Positions 55,075 through 64,000 of a DNA stretch of 64,000 nt are shown in pieces. Origin of the DNA: Myxococcota bacterium (GTDB taxonomy: Bacteria; Myxococcota_A; Polyangia; Nannocystales; Nannocystaceae); assembly GCA_039028615.1 (NCBI GenBank), contig JBCCHT010000001.1, positions 352,001-416,000 of the forward strand, written 5' to 3'. The notes under the pieces are model-generated. The model made no database searches and was not told where the DNA came from. It saw nothing but the letters and a program-made list of their open reading frames with translations. Numbering within the stretch: position 1 is the first letter of the stretch; each line of letters begins with the position of its first letter. The position numbers were made by a program, and so were the translations under genes.

Positions 55075-56712
55075 TCAACCCTCGGTGGCCCACTGGGCGA
55101 CCGCCACCTCGACGTCCAGGCCCCGCGTGTCGGGACCGAGGGCGCAGCTCTGATCCACCAGCGCGCGCTCCTGGGCGTGCATGAGGTTCACTTCGAGGGT
55201 CCGCCCCCCGCCTTCGAGCCGCTGAGGGCCGTCTCCTGCCTGCAGCTCGGCGGCTCCCAGCTCGTCGTTGCCGAGCACGAGCGCCATCGGTCGCTCGACC
55301 GTGCCGCAGGTCGGTTCCGAGTGCATCTCGCAGTCGTACAGCGGCAAGACACCCAGCTCGAGCCCGTCGATCTCGGGCACCGCGGTACCCACCGAGACGG
55401 TGAGCGAAGGCAGCTCCATGGGCTCGCTGTGTTCGTCGAGCGCCACCACGGACACCCCGTCGACCGCTCCCAGCTCACCGGGTGCCGCCGAGATGCTCCG
55501 CAGATCCACGCGGTCACCGACCGCGAAGGGAAAGCTGGACGACGGCACGCACAGGTACCACGAAGGCAACCGCTCGCTGCCCTGCCGCAGGTCGATGGAC
55601 AGACAACCGTCGACGCCCTCGTCCACCGCGAGGATCTCCGAGTGGCCCCAGGGGATGGGTGAGCTGTAGCCGAGTCGATCTCCGTCGGGCTGCGTGGCGC
55701 ACTCGCCTTCACTCGGAGGATCGACCTCCTCGTAGGGATGCACGCTGTCGTCCTGCGCCGAAAGGTGCAGCCCCTCGTGCCCGCCGTCGCTCAGGAGGAC
55801 CTCGCCCTCGTGACCCCAGCGGCCCTGCGCGGGCACATCACGCACACGCACTTCATCGCTGCGCCACACCACGATCGAAGGCGGCAGGTCGTCGGCCTCG
55901 ATCCACGCCGCGAAGCACCAGCGGTCCTGGGTGGGATGGTCGATGAGCGGGACGTTGGTCCCCGGAGGCAGGGTCCAGCTGGTGGCGGGGGCGAACAAGG
56001 ACGAGCGCAGCAGGGTCCCCGGGGACTCCATGATGACCTCGCAGTCGACGCTCATCGGGAAGCGCAGCTCCCGAATGCGCACCACCTGGTCCCGGGTCGT
56101 CGCGTTGTTGAGGTAGTAGTCGGCCTCGATGGGCGGGAGCTCGCCCCAGCCATCATCGTCGGAGGGAACCTCGGGATCGGGCTCGAAGGTGGTCGAGCCC
56201 CAGTCGTCGTCCGGCGGCGGCTCCTCGTCATAGCTGGTGGCCACGCTGGCGGCGAGACCGATCACCGCGGCGCCGCACTGCGCACTGCGTCGGGCATTGG
56301 CGGCCGCGGAGCGCTGCATGGACGGCAACAAACCCCACAGGCTCAGCGCGAGCATGGGCAACGCGAGCAAGTCGGTGGCATCGCGCGTGATCACCCAAGG
56401 AAAACCCACGACGCCCATGGCCATGCTCCAGCCCTCCGCCAGGGGCGCAGACAGCTGGATCCCGGCGAAGACGGCCCCCACCGCGACATTGCAGCCGAGC
56501 CATCCGCGGAAGCCTCGGACGCGCAGCAGCGTCGCCAACAGCAGCGGCGCGACCACCATCCCGGCGAGATCGCTGAGCTTGCCCGTCACCGGGGCGGGCA
56601 GGATGTCGGCGCCCTTGAGGACGTGGTCGTTCAGCACGAGCACCCCCAGGCTGGCCAGCCACAGGGGGTGCAATAGACCCCGTGCAGGGTCGAGACGGTT
56701 CGATGAGGTCAT
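55075..56712 (-). CDS. Membrane protein with Cys-rich extracytoplasmic domain
   Basis: LNDHVLK..TGKLSDLAG..DATDLLAL TM domain. Confidence 0.75.
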   Translation of the reverse strand: MTSSNRLDPARGLLHPLWLASLGVLVLNDHVLKGADILPAPVTGKLSDLAGMVVAPLLLATLLRVRGFRGWLGCNVAVGAVFAGIQLSAPLAEGWSMAMGVVGFPWVITRDATDLLALPMLALSLWGLLPSMQRSAAANARRSAQCGAAVIGLAASVATSYDEEPPPDDDWGSTTFEPDPEVPSDDDGWGELPPIEADYYLNNATTRDQVVRIRELRFPMSVDCEVIMESPGTLLRSSLFAPATSWTLPPGTNVPLIDHPTQDRWCFAAWIEADDLPPSIVVWRSDEVRVRDVPAQGRWGHEGEVLLSDGGHEGLHLSAQDDSVHPYEEVDPPSEGECATQPDGDRLGYSSPIPWGHSEILAVDEGVDGCLSIDLRQGSERLPSWYLCVPSSSFPFAVGDRVDLRSISAAPGELGAVDGVSVVALDEHSEPMELPSLTVSVGTAVPEIDGLELGVLPLYDCEMHSEPTCGTVERPMALVLGNDELGAAELQAGDGPQRLEGGGRTLEVNLMHAQERALVDQSCALGPDTRGLDVEVAVAQWATEG

Positions 56713-56845
56713 GGGGGCGGTCTACTTTCCAAGTTCAGGTCGGTAGTGCCCACGGCCCCCTCAACGATCATGAACGGTAGGAATCGAACCAAAGTCGGCC
56801 TACCGGGCCTTCTCGGCGCGGTGTGGGCTCGCTACGCTGGGGTCG

Positions 56846-57130
56846 ATGACCGTGCGCGACAAGCTGAGCGAGGCCCTGCAGCGGGTCCCCATGACCACGC
56901 TCCAGCTGTCGGGGGAGGTCGGTATCCCGCAGGGCGAGGTCGGCAAGCACCTCGAGCACCTGGCGCGCTCGCTGCCTCATCGCGGGCTCGCGCTCGAGGT
57001 GGAGCCCGCGCGCTGCTTGAAGTGCGAGTTCATCTTTGGTGACCGAGCGCGCTTCAAGCGACCGAGCCGATGCCCCGAGTGTCGCTCCGAGCGGATCCAG
57101 CCCGCGCGGTTCTCCGTGCACGAGACGTGA
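56846..57130 (+). CDS. HTH + Zn-ribbon transcriptional regulator
   Basis: HLEHLARS, CLKCEFIF, PSRCPECRSERI. Confidence 0.8.
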   Translation: MTVRDKLSEALQRVPMTTLQLSGEVGIPQGEVGKHLEHLARSLPHRGLALEVEPARCLKCEFIFGDRARFKRPSRCPECRSERIQPARFSVHET

Positions 57131-57145
57131 GCGAGCCCCGCTCGC

Positions 57146-58396
57146 TCAATTGTCGAACTGCGAGATGGCCAGGCGCAGGCCGTGCTCCGCTCGCTGGTAG
57201 TAGAGCACGAAGCTGGCGTCGTCGATGTCGCGCCAATTGGCGACCTGATAGGTCTGGCCATCGGTGGGACGCGTGAAGGCACCGACGCTGAGCACTCCGG
57301 CTCGGCTCGGACCCAGCTCCACCGGCTGCCCCGCGTGGCTCGAGTAGCGCAGCGGCATGTCCCAGAGATGATCGATGGCGGCCACCGCCAGCTCGCGAAG
57401 CTCGTCGCTCAGCTCGATTTCGGGGAGCTCGATCCGCCCCAGGCGATCGAGCACGGGGTACAGCAGCGTGCCATCGAGCACCGCCTCGCCCTCCCAGCGA
57501 TACGGGGGCTGTCCCGCGGCCGCCCGCTCATCGGCTTCGCTCAGGCCTTCTTCGAAGGTGACCCCCTCGATGGTGGTCAGCAGCGACGATAGCCGGACAC
57601 GACCGGGGAACTCGTCCCAACCGATGATCCGCCCCGCCAGCAGGCGTGCGCCGTCGAGGGTCGCTCCGCTTTCGTCGAGCACCTCGAGATACGCGTCGTC
57701 CCCATCGGTGGTCGCGTACACCACCCACACCGCCTGCTCGCCGATCGGGCCCTGGTGCAGGCTCACCGTGCCGATGTCTCGGGCCTCCACGCGGAAGAAG
57801 GCATCGAACACCGCCAACGCTGCCGCCGGCACGGAGGCACGCTCCGGCTGTCCCTCGCGAGCGTCGATGCGGCGCCCGCCCGGGAGGCTCTGCTGGTGCA
57901 GGCTGCGTCCGAAGTCGTAGTCGTCGAAGAACCCGCGAATGGTGACCGGAGCCTCGGCTGCCGCTCGCTCTGCCCGGGCCCGCTGTGCCGCCCGAGAGGT
58001 CAGATCGCCCAGCCCCCGGTCGATGCGCCGAATCGCCGCGATCTCGTCCAGCGCCAGCCAGCGATGGTCGAGCGACCACTTCGCCGGATTCACCTGCTCC
58101 CAAATCGCGAGCGCATCCGCCATCGCTCGCTCGACCAATGCGTCCACCCGGATCCGCGTGCCCGACCCGCCCTCTTCACGCATCGTCTGCTGCAGGGCGA
58201 ACAGCCACGGGTCCAGGTCACCCGCTTCGTCGAGCGCGATGAGCTGGTTGTCCTCCGCCGCTGCCTCGGCGTTCTCGGTCACGATGGCCCGCAGCGCAGC
58301 CGCCACGGCAGTGGTCTGGATCGGTCGACGTCGCACCCGTCCAGCATACGCCCCCGCACGCGACGACGGGCTCACGAAGGAGCCCGTCTCGTTCAC
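57146..58396 (-). CDS. Hypothetical protein
   Basis: 416-aa ORF, NWRDIDDAS motif; start uncertain. Confidence 0.65.
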   Translation of the reverse strand: MNETGSFVSPSSRAGAYAGRVRRRPIQTTAVAAALRAIVTENAEAAAEDNQLIALDEAGDLDPWLFALQQTMREEGGSGTRIRVDALVERAMADALAIWEQVNPAKWSLDHRWLALDEIAAIRRIDRGLGDLTSRAAQRARAERAAAEAPVTIRGFFDDYDFGRSLHQQSLPGGRRIDAREGQPERASVPAAALAVFDAFFRVEARDIGTVSLHQGPIGEQAVWVVYATTDGDDAYLEVLDESGATLDGARLLAGRIIGWDEFPGRVRLSSLLTTIEGVTFEEGLSEADERAAAGQPPYRWEGEAVLDGTLLYPVLDRLGRIELPEIELSDELRELAVAAIDHLWDMPLRYSSHAGQPVELGPSRAGVLSVGAFTRPTDGQTYQVANWRDIDDASFVLYYQRAEHGLRLAISQFDN

Positions 58397-58414
58397 ATCC
58401 GCGCCGAGTGGTCG

Positions 58415-59728
58415 TCAGCGACGCCGACGAACCGCGCCCAACACCAACAGCAGCGCGAATGCGGACCCCGAGCCGACCGGAGCGCTGGTGCGACAGCCAC
58501 AGCCCTCGGCGTCCCCGTCCGCGCCAGCGGTATCGCCCTCGGTCTCGGCCTCCTCGCCGTCCGTACCGCCGATGGAGACGATGGTGATCGTGATGGGCGA
58601 GCTCGAGCCCTCGTTGCCGTGCTCGTCGACCGCGGTGACCGAGTACGTGTGGTCGCCAGGGGCCGCCCCCGTGATGGGGAAGCCCCAGGGCTCGGCCATG
58701 TCCGTAGCGACCGGGACCCCGTTGTCGAGCAACGTGGCCGACGCGATCAGGCTGTCGTCGTTGATCGTGGCGACCACGTTGAAGTCGGTGCCCTCGTCGT
58801 ACTCCATGCCGTTGAAGGGCGCGGTGATGAGGATCGACGGACCCTCCATGTCGACGATGGCGGGCCCGAACATGGCCAGCAGCTCCGAGTGCGCGTTCTG
58901 GGCCAGGTTGCCCTGGCAAAACTGCATGTGCTGCTCGGCACAGGTCGCCCCGCCCACGATCACGATGCACTCGTCGATGAAGGTCGGGTCACCCCCCGCG
59001 TTGAAGGGGTTCATGATGTCGTTGGGCTCGTCGACGTGCTCGAGCCCGAACGAGTGGGCGACCTCCTGCCCGATGGTGGTCGCGGTGATCGCCGCCGAGG
59101 TGCCGTCGTCGGCGCTGTGGAAGGCGAAGGTCACGTTGCTGTGCGTCTGCTGGTTCCAGCAGTCGACCGGTGCCACGCCCAAGACCCCGCCCCCGAAGGG
59201 GTTGGTGGGGCCGGTCATGTTCATGACGTACTCGCCCTTCTCGGGGCGCGTGTCGACGATGATGAAGTTGTACAGTTCCCAGTCCGCCCGCACCGCCTGC
59301 ATCACCGCGTCGCGCATGGGCCCCTCGCCGTACGCCGCGAAGGGTCCGTCGAGCCCCGGAATCTGGGTCACGTTGTTCTGCGCGCTGTCCATGCCTGCTG
59401 TCAGCGTCTCGCCGTCGAAGTTGACGAAGATGACCCACGGGTCGGGGATGGCCCCGTGCTGGACGGGCGGGTTCATGTTCAGCCGCGGGTACTCGGGCGG
59501 CACCGGGATCGGGTCGCCGCGATATTGACCGAGACCGATCTCGCGGAGCTCCTCCACCGACATGTCCCAAGTCGCCGGGCGCTGGTCGTCGGGCAGGCGC
59601 TCCCCCGCCGTCGCCACCGAGGGCGTCAGCACGCCGGCCGCCATCGCGACCATGCCCGTGGAGCCGACCAGACACAGCCAGGCAGAGGGTTGGGAGGTAC
59701 GGGGGGGACGACGACGAGGCATGGACAT
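58415..59728 (-). CDS. Matrixin-like metalloprotease + Ig-like domain + MYXO-CTERM
   Basis: QEVAHSFGLEH..DIMNP; AVDEHGN; GCGCRT + TM + RRRR. Confidence 0.8.
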   Translation of the reverse strand: MSMPRRRPPRTSQPSAWLCLVGSTGMVAMAAGVLTPSVATAGERLPDDQRPATWDMSVEELREIGLGQYRGDPIPVPPEYPRLNMNPPVQHGAIPDPWVIFVNFDGETLTAGMDSAQNNVTQIPGLDGPFAAYGEGPMRDAVMQAVRADWELYNFIIVDTRPEKGEYVMNMTGPTNPFGGGVLGVAPVDCWNQQTHSNVTFAFHSADDGTSAAITATTIGQEVAHSFGLEHVDEPNDIMNPFNAGGDPTFIDECIVIVGGATCAEQHMQFCQGNLAQNAHSELLAMFGPAIVDMEGPSILITAPFNGMEYDEGTDFNVVATINDDSLIASATLLDNGVPVATDMAEPWGFPITGAAPGDHTYSVTAVDEHGNEGSSSPITITIVSIGGTDGEEAETEGDTAGADGDAEGCGCRTSAPVGSGSAFALLLVLGAVRRRR

Positions 59729-59868
59729 GGGACGTTTTCGAGGCAAGCGCAGGCCCGCCGATGGTACCAGGTCGCCCTGCTCCGCTCGGTGGTCTCCGGG
59801 CTCCCCGCAGCACCTCTCCCTACAGCACAACAATCACGGAGATTCTGCACATGGGGTACCGTCCGGGC

Positions 59869-61077
59869 ATGCGTCGATTTGCTTGGTCTCTATGCCTCGC
59901 GGCCTGCACCACGACCCCGTCCAGCGATGATGGCGGCAGCGAGGGCACCACCGCGGCAGGCGGGGAAACCTCTACGAACGCGAGTACGAGCACCACTACC
60001 GCCGCCACCGGCCTCGACGAGACCAGCGACTCGTCCGACGGCACCACCGCGGAGCCGACCGAGCCCAACTACGAAGAGCGCGGGCCCTACGGGGTCGGGA
60101 TCCAGAGCTTCGACGTGCCGGGCGCCGACGATCGCATGGTGCGAGTGACGGTGTGGTACCCGAGCGACACCGAGGACGGGCCGATCGATCTGCACACGGT
60201 CGTGTCGGAGGCGAACGCACAGACGCTGCAGGAGCTCGTGGCCGCGGCGCCCCCCGAGTGCGTGCGATCGACCCTCATGGGGACCGCCGAGGCGCCGCTG
60301 GCCGAAGGCTCCTTCCCCGCCATCGTGTTCTCCCACTGCCTGTCCTGCCTCGGTGTCTCGTCGAGCTTCATCACCGAGCGCCTCGCCAGCCATGGCTCGA
60401 TCGTCATCGGCGTGACCCATACCGACGACACGCTCTTCGATCAGCTCGAGGGCACCGTCGCACCGCTGGACGGCGACTGGCTCGCGGTGCGGACCCTCGA
60501 CGCCTCGCTCGCGCTCGATGGCGTGCTCGCGATGGCGCCCTACGACACGGCCATCGACCAGAGCCGCCTGGGGATCTTCGGGCACAGCTATGGCGCCACC
60601 ACCACGGGCAAGGTCCTGCAGGACGACGATCGGTTCATCGCGGGCGTGGCCATGGCCGCTCCGGTCGAAAACCCCCTGCTGCCGGGCGTCACCGTCGACG
60701 GCATCGCGGAGCCGATGCTCATGCTGCTCGCCCAGGAGGACAACTCCATCACCGAGGTCGGGAACAACTTCATGCGCACCAACGCAATGACGTTGTCCGG
60801 CGGCAGCTGGCTGGTCGAGGTCGCGGATGCGGGCCATTGGAGCTTTTCCGACCTGTGCGGAATCATCGAGGCCTTCCAGCCCGGCTGCGGTGAGGGCATT
60901 CGACAGACCATGCCCGGAGAGGCGTTCACCTATCTCGACGCCGATCTCGGGCGGCAGATCGCGGCCTCGTACGTGACCGCGTTCTTTGCTCTGCACCTCC
61001 AAGACGATGCCGCGGCCGCCGACTATCTCGACGTGGGCACGCCGAGCGACGTGGTCACGGTCGAGCGCTTTCCCTGA
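59869..61077 (+). CDS. Alpha/beta hydrolase lipoprotein (PAF-AH/dienelactone hydrolase-like)
   Basis: LAAC; GPYGVG, VWYPS, GHSYG, GHWSFSD. Confidence 0.85.
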   Translation: MRRFAWSLCLAACTTTPSSDDGGSEGTTAAGGETSTNASTSTTTAATGLDETSDSSDGTTAEPTEPNYEERGPYGVGIQSFDVPGADDRMVRVTVWYPSDTEDGPIDLHTVVSEANAQTLQELVAAAPPECVRSTLMGTAEAPLAEGSFPAIVFSHCLSCLGVSSSFITERLASHGSIVIGVTHTDDTLFDQLEGTVAPLDGDWLAVRTLDASLALDGVLAMAPYDTAIDQSRLGIFGHSYGATTTGKVLQDDDRFIAGVAMAAPVENPLLPGVTVDGIAEPMLMLLAQEDNSITEVGNNFMRTNAMTLSGGSWLVEVADAGHWSFSDLCGIIEAFQPGCGEGIRQTMPGEAFTYLDADLGRQIAASYVTAFFALHLQDDAAAADYLDVGTPSDVVTVERFP

Positions 61078-61282
61078 TCGCGTATCGGGATTCGTCCTGC
61101 CCGGTCCAACGAGGGCCGGCAGATTTCTGTAGGGTCGGCAGCTCTCGCCGTGCGGGCACGGCAGCTATTGCCGTTCCGAATTTTGTTTCGATTTATTCGG
61201 TCGATCGACTCGAATTCGGCGAAGAAAAACGAAGACTGAACCGACTCCACGGAAGGCGGCCGCGAGGTCGGGAGGACCGGTG

Positions 61283-62491
61283 ATGAAAACAGAGATTCGA
61301 ATTGTACTAGCCAGCGGCTTGCTGCTGGCCGCATGTGGTGACGACGCAGCGAGTGACGACGGGAGCGAGGACACGGGGGCCACCACGGCCTCGACCCCTG
61401 CGACCGGAGACGACACGGACACCCCCGCGACCACGGATACACAGGACACGACGGGCGGAGAGGAAACCGCCGCGGACACGACCAGCGGCAACGACGACGA
61501 CACGGATTCGGAGTCCGAGTCCGACTCCGATACCGACACTGCAGAGGTCTGCGCAGAGGCCCTGGGCCTGTTTGCGGACGACACCTGCGAGACGCTGGCC
61601 GACGGCATCGTCCCCTTCGCCCCCCAGTACATCCTGTGGAGCGATGGCCTGGCCAAGGAGCGCTTCGTGTACCTGCCTCCGGACTCGACCATCGACGTCA
61701 GCGATGCAGACGTCTGGGACTTCCCCGTGGGCACCATCTTCTGGAAGCACTTCATCTCGCAAGAGGGCGTGTTCCTCGAGACCCGGCGCTTCGAGAAGAC
61801 CATCGACACCCGGGGCCCCGACGGCTGGACCTTCGCGACCTATGTGTGGAACGAGGAAGGCGACGACGTCGAGGCGGTGGTCAACGGGGCGGAGAACGTG
61901 CTCGGCTCGGATCACGACATCCCCTCGGTCGCCGACTGCACCCAGTGCCACAGCGGTGGCGCCAGCGGCATGACCATGGGCCCGGGACCCATGCAGGACG
62001 AGCTGACCGACGTCCCGCTGGGCTTCAGCGCGATCCAGCTCAACCACGACGGCAGCGACACCACGCTGAGCAGCCTCGACGCCGATGGCTGGCTCGACGG
62101 CACCGTGTCGACGACCGACGCCGTGATGCCCGGCGATGCCACGGCCACCGAGGCGCTCGGCTACCTGCACGCCAACTGTGGTCACTGCCACGGCGGGTCC
62201 TCGCCCGCGGGCGGCATGACGCTGTGGGTCGACGTCGGCACCGCGACCGTCGAGGAGAGCACGACCTACCAGAACACGGTCGACGTCCCCACCGGCGAAG
62301 CGCCGGGCATGGGGCTCGAGGACCTGCCCGACCTGCGGATCGCCCCGGGAGACCCGGAGAACAGCGCCCTGCCCTGGCGCATGAGCCGACGGACCATGGA
62401 CGATGCGCCCATGCCCCCGCTCGCCACCGAGGTGGTCGACGACGACGGCGTGGACGCGGTCGAGGCCTGGATTACTTCGCTGGGGGGCTAG
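61283..62491 (+). CDS. Diheme c-type cytochrome lipoprotein (SO2930-like)
   Basis: LLAAC; LWSDGLAKER, FPVGT, CTQCH, NCGHCH, MPPL. Confidence 0.82.
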   Translation: MKTEIRIVLASGLLLAACGDDAASDDGSEDTGATTASTPATGDDTDTPATTDTQDTTGGEETAADTTSGNDDDTDSESESDSDTDTAEVCAEALGLFADDTCETLADGIVPFAPQYILWSDGLAKERFVYLPPDSTIDVSDADVWDFPVGTIFWKHFISQEGVFLETRRFEKTIDTRGPDGWTFATYVWNEEGDDVEAVVNGAENVLGSDHDIPSVADCTQCHSGGASGMTMGPGPMQDELTDVPLGFSAIQLNHDGSDTTLSSLDADGWLDGTVSTTDAVMPGDATATEALGYLHANCGHCHGGSSPAGGMTLWVDVGTATVEESTTYQNTVDVPTGEAPGMGLEDLPDLRIAPGDPENSALPWRMSRRTMDDAPMPPLATEVVDDDGVDAVEAWITSLGG

Positions 62492-63539
62492 GCGAAGGCT
62501 CGACCGGACGTGGCCCTTGCAGAGCGAGGGCTGCGGCCGAGGTCGTCGCCCGTACCACGCGGGTGGCGAACTCGGTGTCGAGGCTCTCGATCGAGTCGCG
62601 GCCGCCGTAGCAGTGGTAACGATCGGAGCGAAAGTCCGCGGTGTCGGTGATCATGATCGCGGGATAGCCCTGGTCCCAAAACGGCGCGTGGTCGGAACGC
62701 TGCAGGTCGACCGCGACGTGGGACACCTGCACCAGCCTGGGGATCGCCAGCACGGCGTGCGGCAGGCCCTCGCGCTCGGCCGCCGCCGCCATCTCGCGCG
62801 CCCAGGGCTCCGACGCCGCGTCGGCCACGATGGCGATGAAGTCGGCCCGGAACTCCCGCTCGCGCAGTCGAGCGACCTCGGCGGGAAAGATGAGCGAGAA
62901 GCCGTCGGGGATCTCTTGCGTGCCCGGGCGCGGATCGACAAAGCCGATCGCGTCGAAGTTGAAGTAGACCGCGATGTCCAGCTCGCGCTCGCGGGCGCGG
63001 ACGGCCCATGCCCGCGAACCGATGAGGCCGCGTTCTTCTTCATCCCAACACCCGACCATCAACGAGCGGGGATGGTCGGCCGCCGACAGCACCCGCGCCA
63101 CCTCGAGGGCTCCGGCCACGCCCGTCGCGTTGTCGTCGGCCCCCGCACAGCCGGGGATGTGATCGTAGTGCGCCCCCACCATGACGTACTGGTCGGGCCA
63201 CTGCGTACCGAGACGAGTCCCCACCACGTTGACCCCCGTCTCGTAGACGTGGCGCTCGACCTCGAAGCCGAGCTCGGTGAGGCGGGTGTCGCAGAGGTTC
63301 TGGACCGCTTGCCACCGAGAAGAACCGGGCGGGCGCGGACCGGTGACCCGCACCAGATCGGCATCGAAGCGCTCGCGCTCCACACAGCCAGCGAGCACGG
63401 TGGGGTCGACGCTCTGGCATTCGTCCGACACCGCGGGCGGCCCCTGGGGCTCCACCACCGGGCTACCGCTGCCCGGGGGCGCACAGGCGATGGACAGCGC
63501 TACGAGACAACCGAGACCGCCCAGTCGATGACCCTGCAC
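62472..63539 (-). CDS. M28-family peptidase lipoprotein
   Basis: GAHYD, GADDNATG, DEEERGLIGS, SDHAPF, YH; start uncertain. Confidence 0.88.
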   Translation of the reverse strand: MQGHRLGGLGCLVALSIACAPPGSGSPVVEPQGPPAVSDECQSVDPTVLAGCVERERFDADLVRVTGPRPPGSSRWQAVQNLCDTRLTELGFEVERHVYETGVNVVGTRLGTQWPDQYVMVGAHYDHIPGCAGADDNATGVAGALEVARVLSAADHPRSLMVGCWDEEERGLIGSRAWAVRARERELDIAVYFNFDAIGFVDPRPGTQEIPDGFSLIFPAEVARLREREFRADFIAIVADAASEPWAREMAAAAEREGLPHAVLAIPRLVQVSHVAVDLQRSDHAPFWDQGYPAIMITDTADFRSDRYHCYGGRDSIESLDTEFATRVVRATTSAAALALQGPRPVEPSPSPPAK

Positions 63540-63590
63540 GCGTCGATGATGCCATGAACCGGGCGGCCCAGACCTGCTACCGTCGACCCG

Positions 63591-64000
63591 GTGGACGCCG
63601 AGCGCGAGTGGATCGCCGGGTACACCGAAGGACGTCCGGAGCTGGAGCCCGCGAGCAACCCCGACGGTGAGGCCGACGTGTGGCGCGTGTGCGTCGGTGG
63701 GCGGCCCGTCGCGTTCTTCAAGCGGCACCGAAGCTCGGACAAGTGGCATCGCGAGCGGTGGATGTTGCGACGACTCGCCGATCTGGACACTGCCGTCGCC
63801 ATCCCGACGGTGCTGGCCGATCGAGAGGCACCGCGCTGGCTGCTGCTGAGCGCTTTGCCGGGGGTCGTCGCGAGCACCGCGACCTTCGACCTCGACCAAC
63901 GACGGGCGCTGCACGAGGCGGCGGGTCGCTTCCGCCGTGACCTCGATCGACTGCCGATGGGTGAGCCCGATCCCCTGCCGCTGCCCGAAGCGCTGACCCG
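63591..64000 (+). CDS. APH/choline-kinase-like phosphotransferase, 5' part (truncated by window end)
   Basis: VWRV..FFKRH..E..L..IPTVL..LLLSALPG..AGRF. Confidence 0.55.
   Translation, partial: MDAEREWIAGYTEGRPELEPASNPDGEADVWRVCVGGRPVAFFKRHRSSDKWHRERWMLRRLADLDTAVAIPTVLADREAPRWLLLSALPGVVASTATFDLDQRRALHEAAGRFRRDLDRLPMGEPDPLPLPEALT

Noticed and set aside
63591..64000. Aminoglycoside resistance gene
   Set aside because: Only the N-terminal part is visible; the APH-like superfamily is broad and the catalytic motifs lie outside the window

Overview
GC-rich genomic DNA, most likely from a myxobacterium (Myxococcota, possibly Nannocystaceae-like; inferred from MYXO-CTERM-type tails, Ser/Thr kinase-TPR proteins, ECF/anti-sigma/CHAT cassettes and Thr/Gly/Asp-linker lipoproteins). 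The first ~26 kb is an accessory island. It holds a seven-gene R-body (Reb) cluster at 19.8-23.2 kb, a gasdermin-like ORF that appears to lack the inhibitory tail (1848-2519), three proteins with long Pro-Ala tails, a CHAT protease, three ECF sigma factors, a LuxR regulator and two kinases. An ECF-type promoter motif, WTCACA-N15-CGTC, lies just upstream of four island genes, including both sides of the divergent reb promoter region. The rest of the window has a Dlt/Pat-like acylation locus (DltA-like adenylation enzyme, MBOAT, two SGNH proteins), Cys-rich lipoproteins (one ShKT-like), a cyclophilin, a TonB-dependent receptor, a ~930-bp element with ~245-bp inverted repeats, a zinc-finger-fused bacterial histone and several secreted hydrolases. 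No rRNA, tRNA, CRISPR array or transposase was recognised. All family calls are by-eye motif recognition, not database results.
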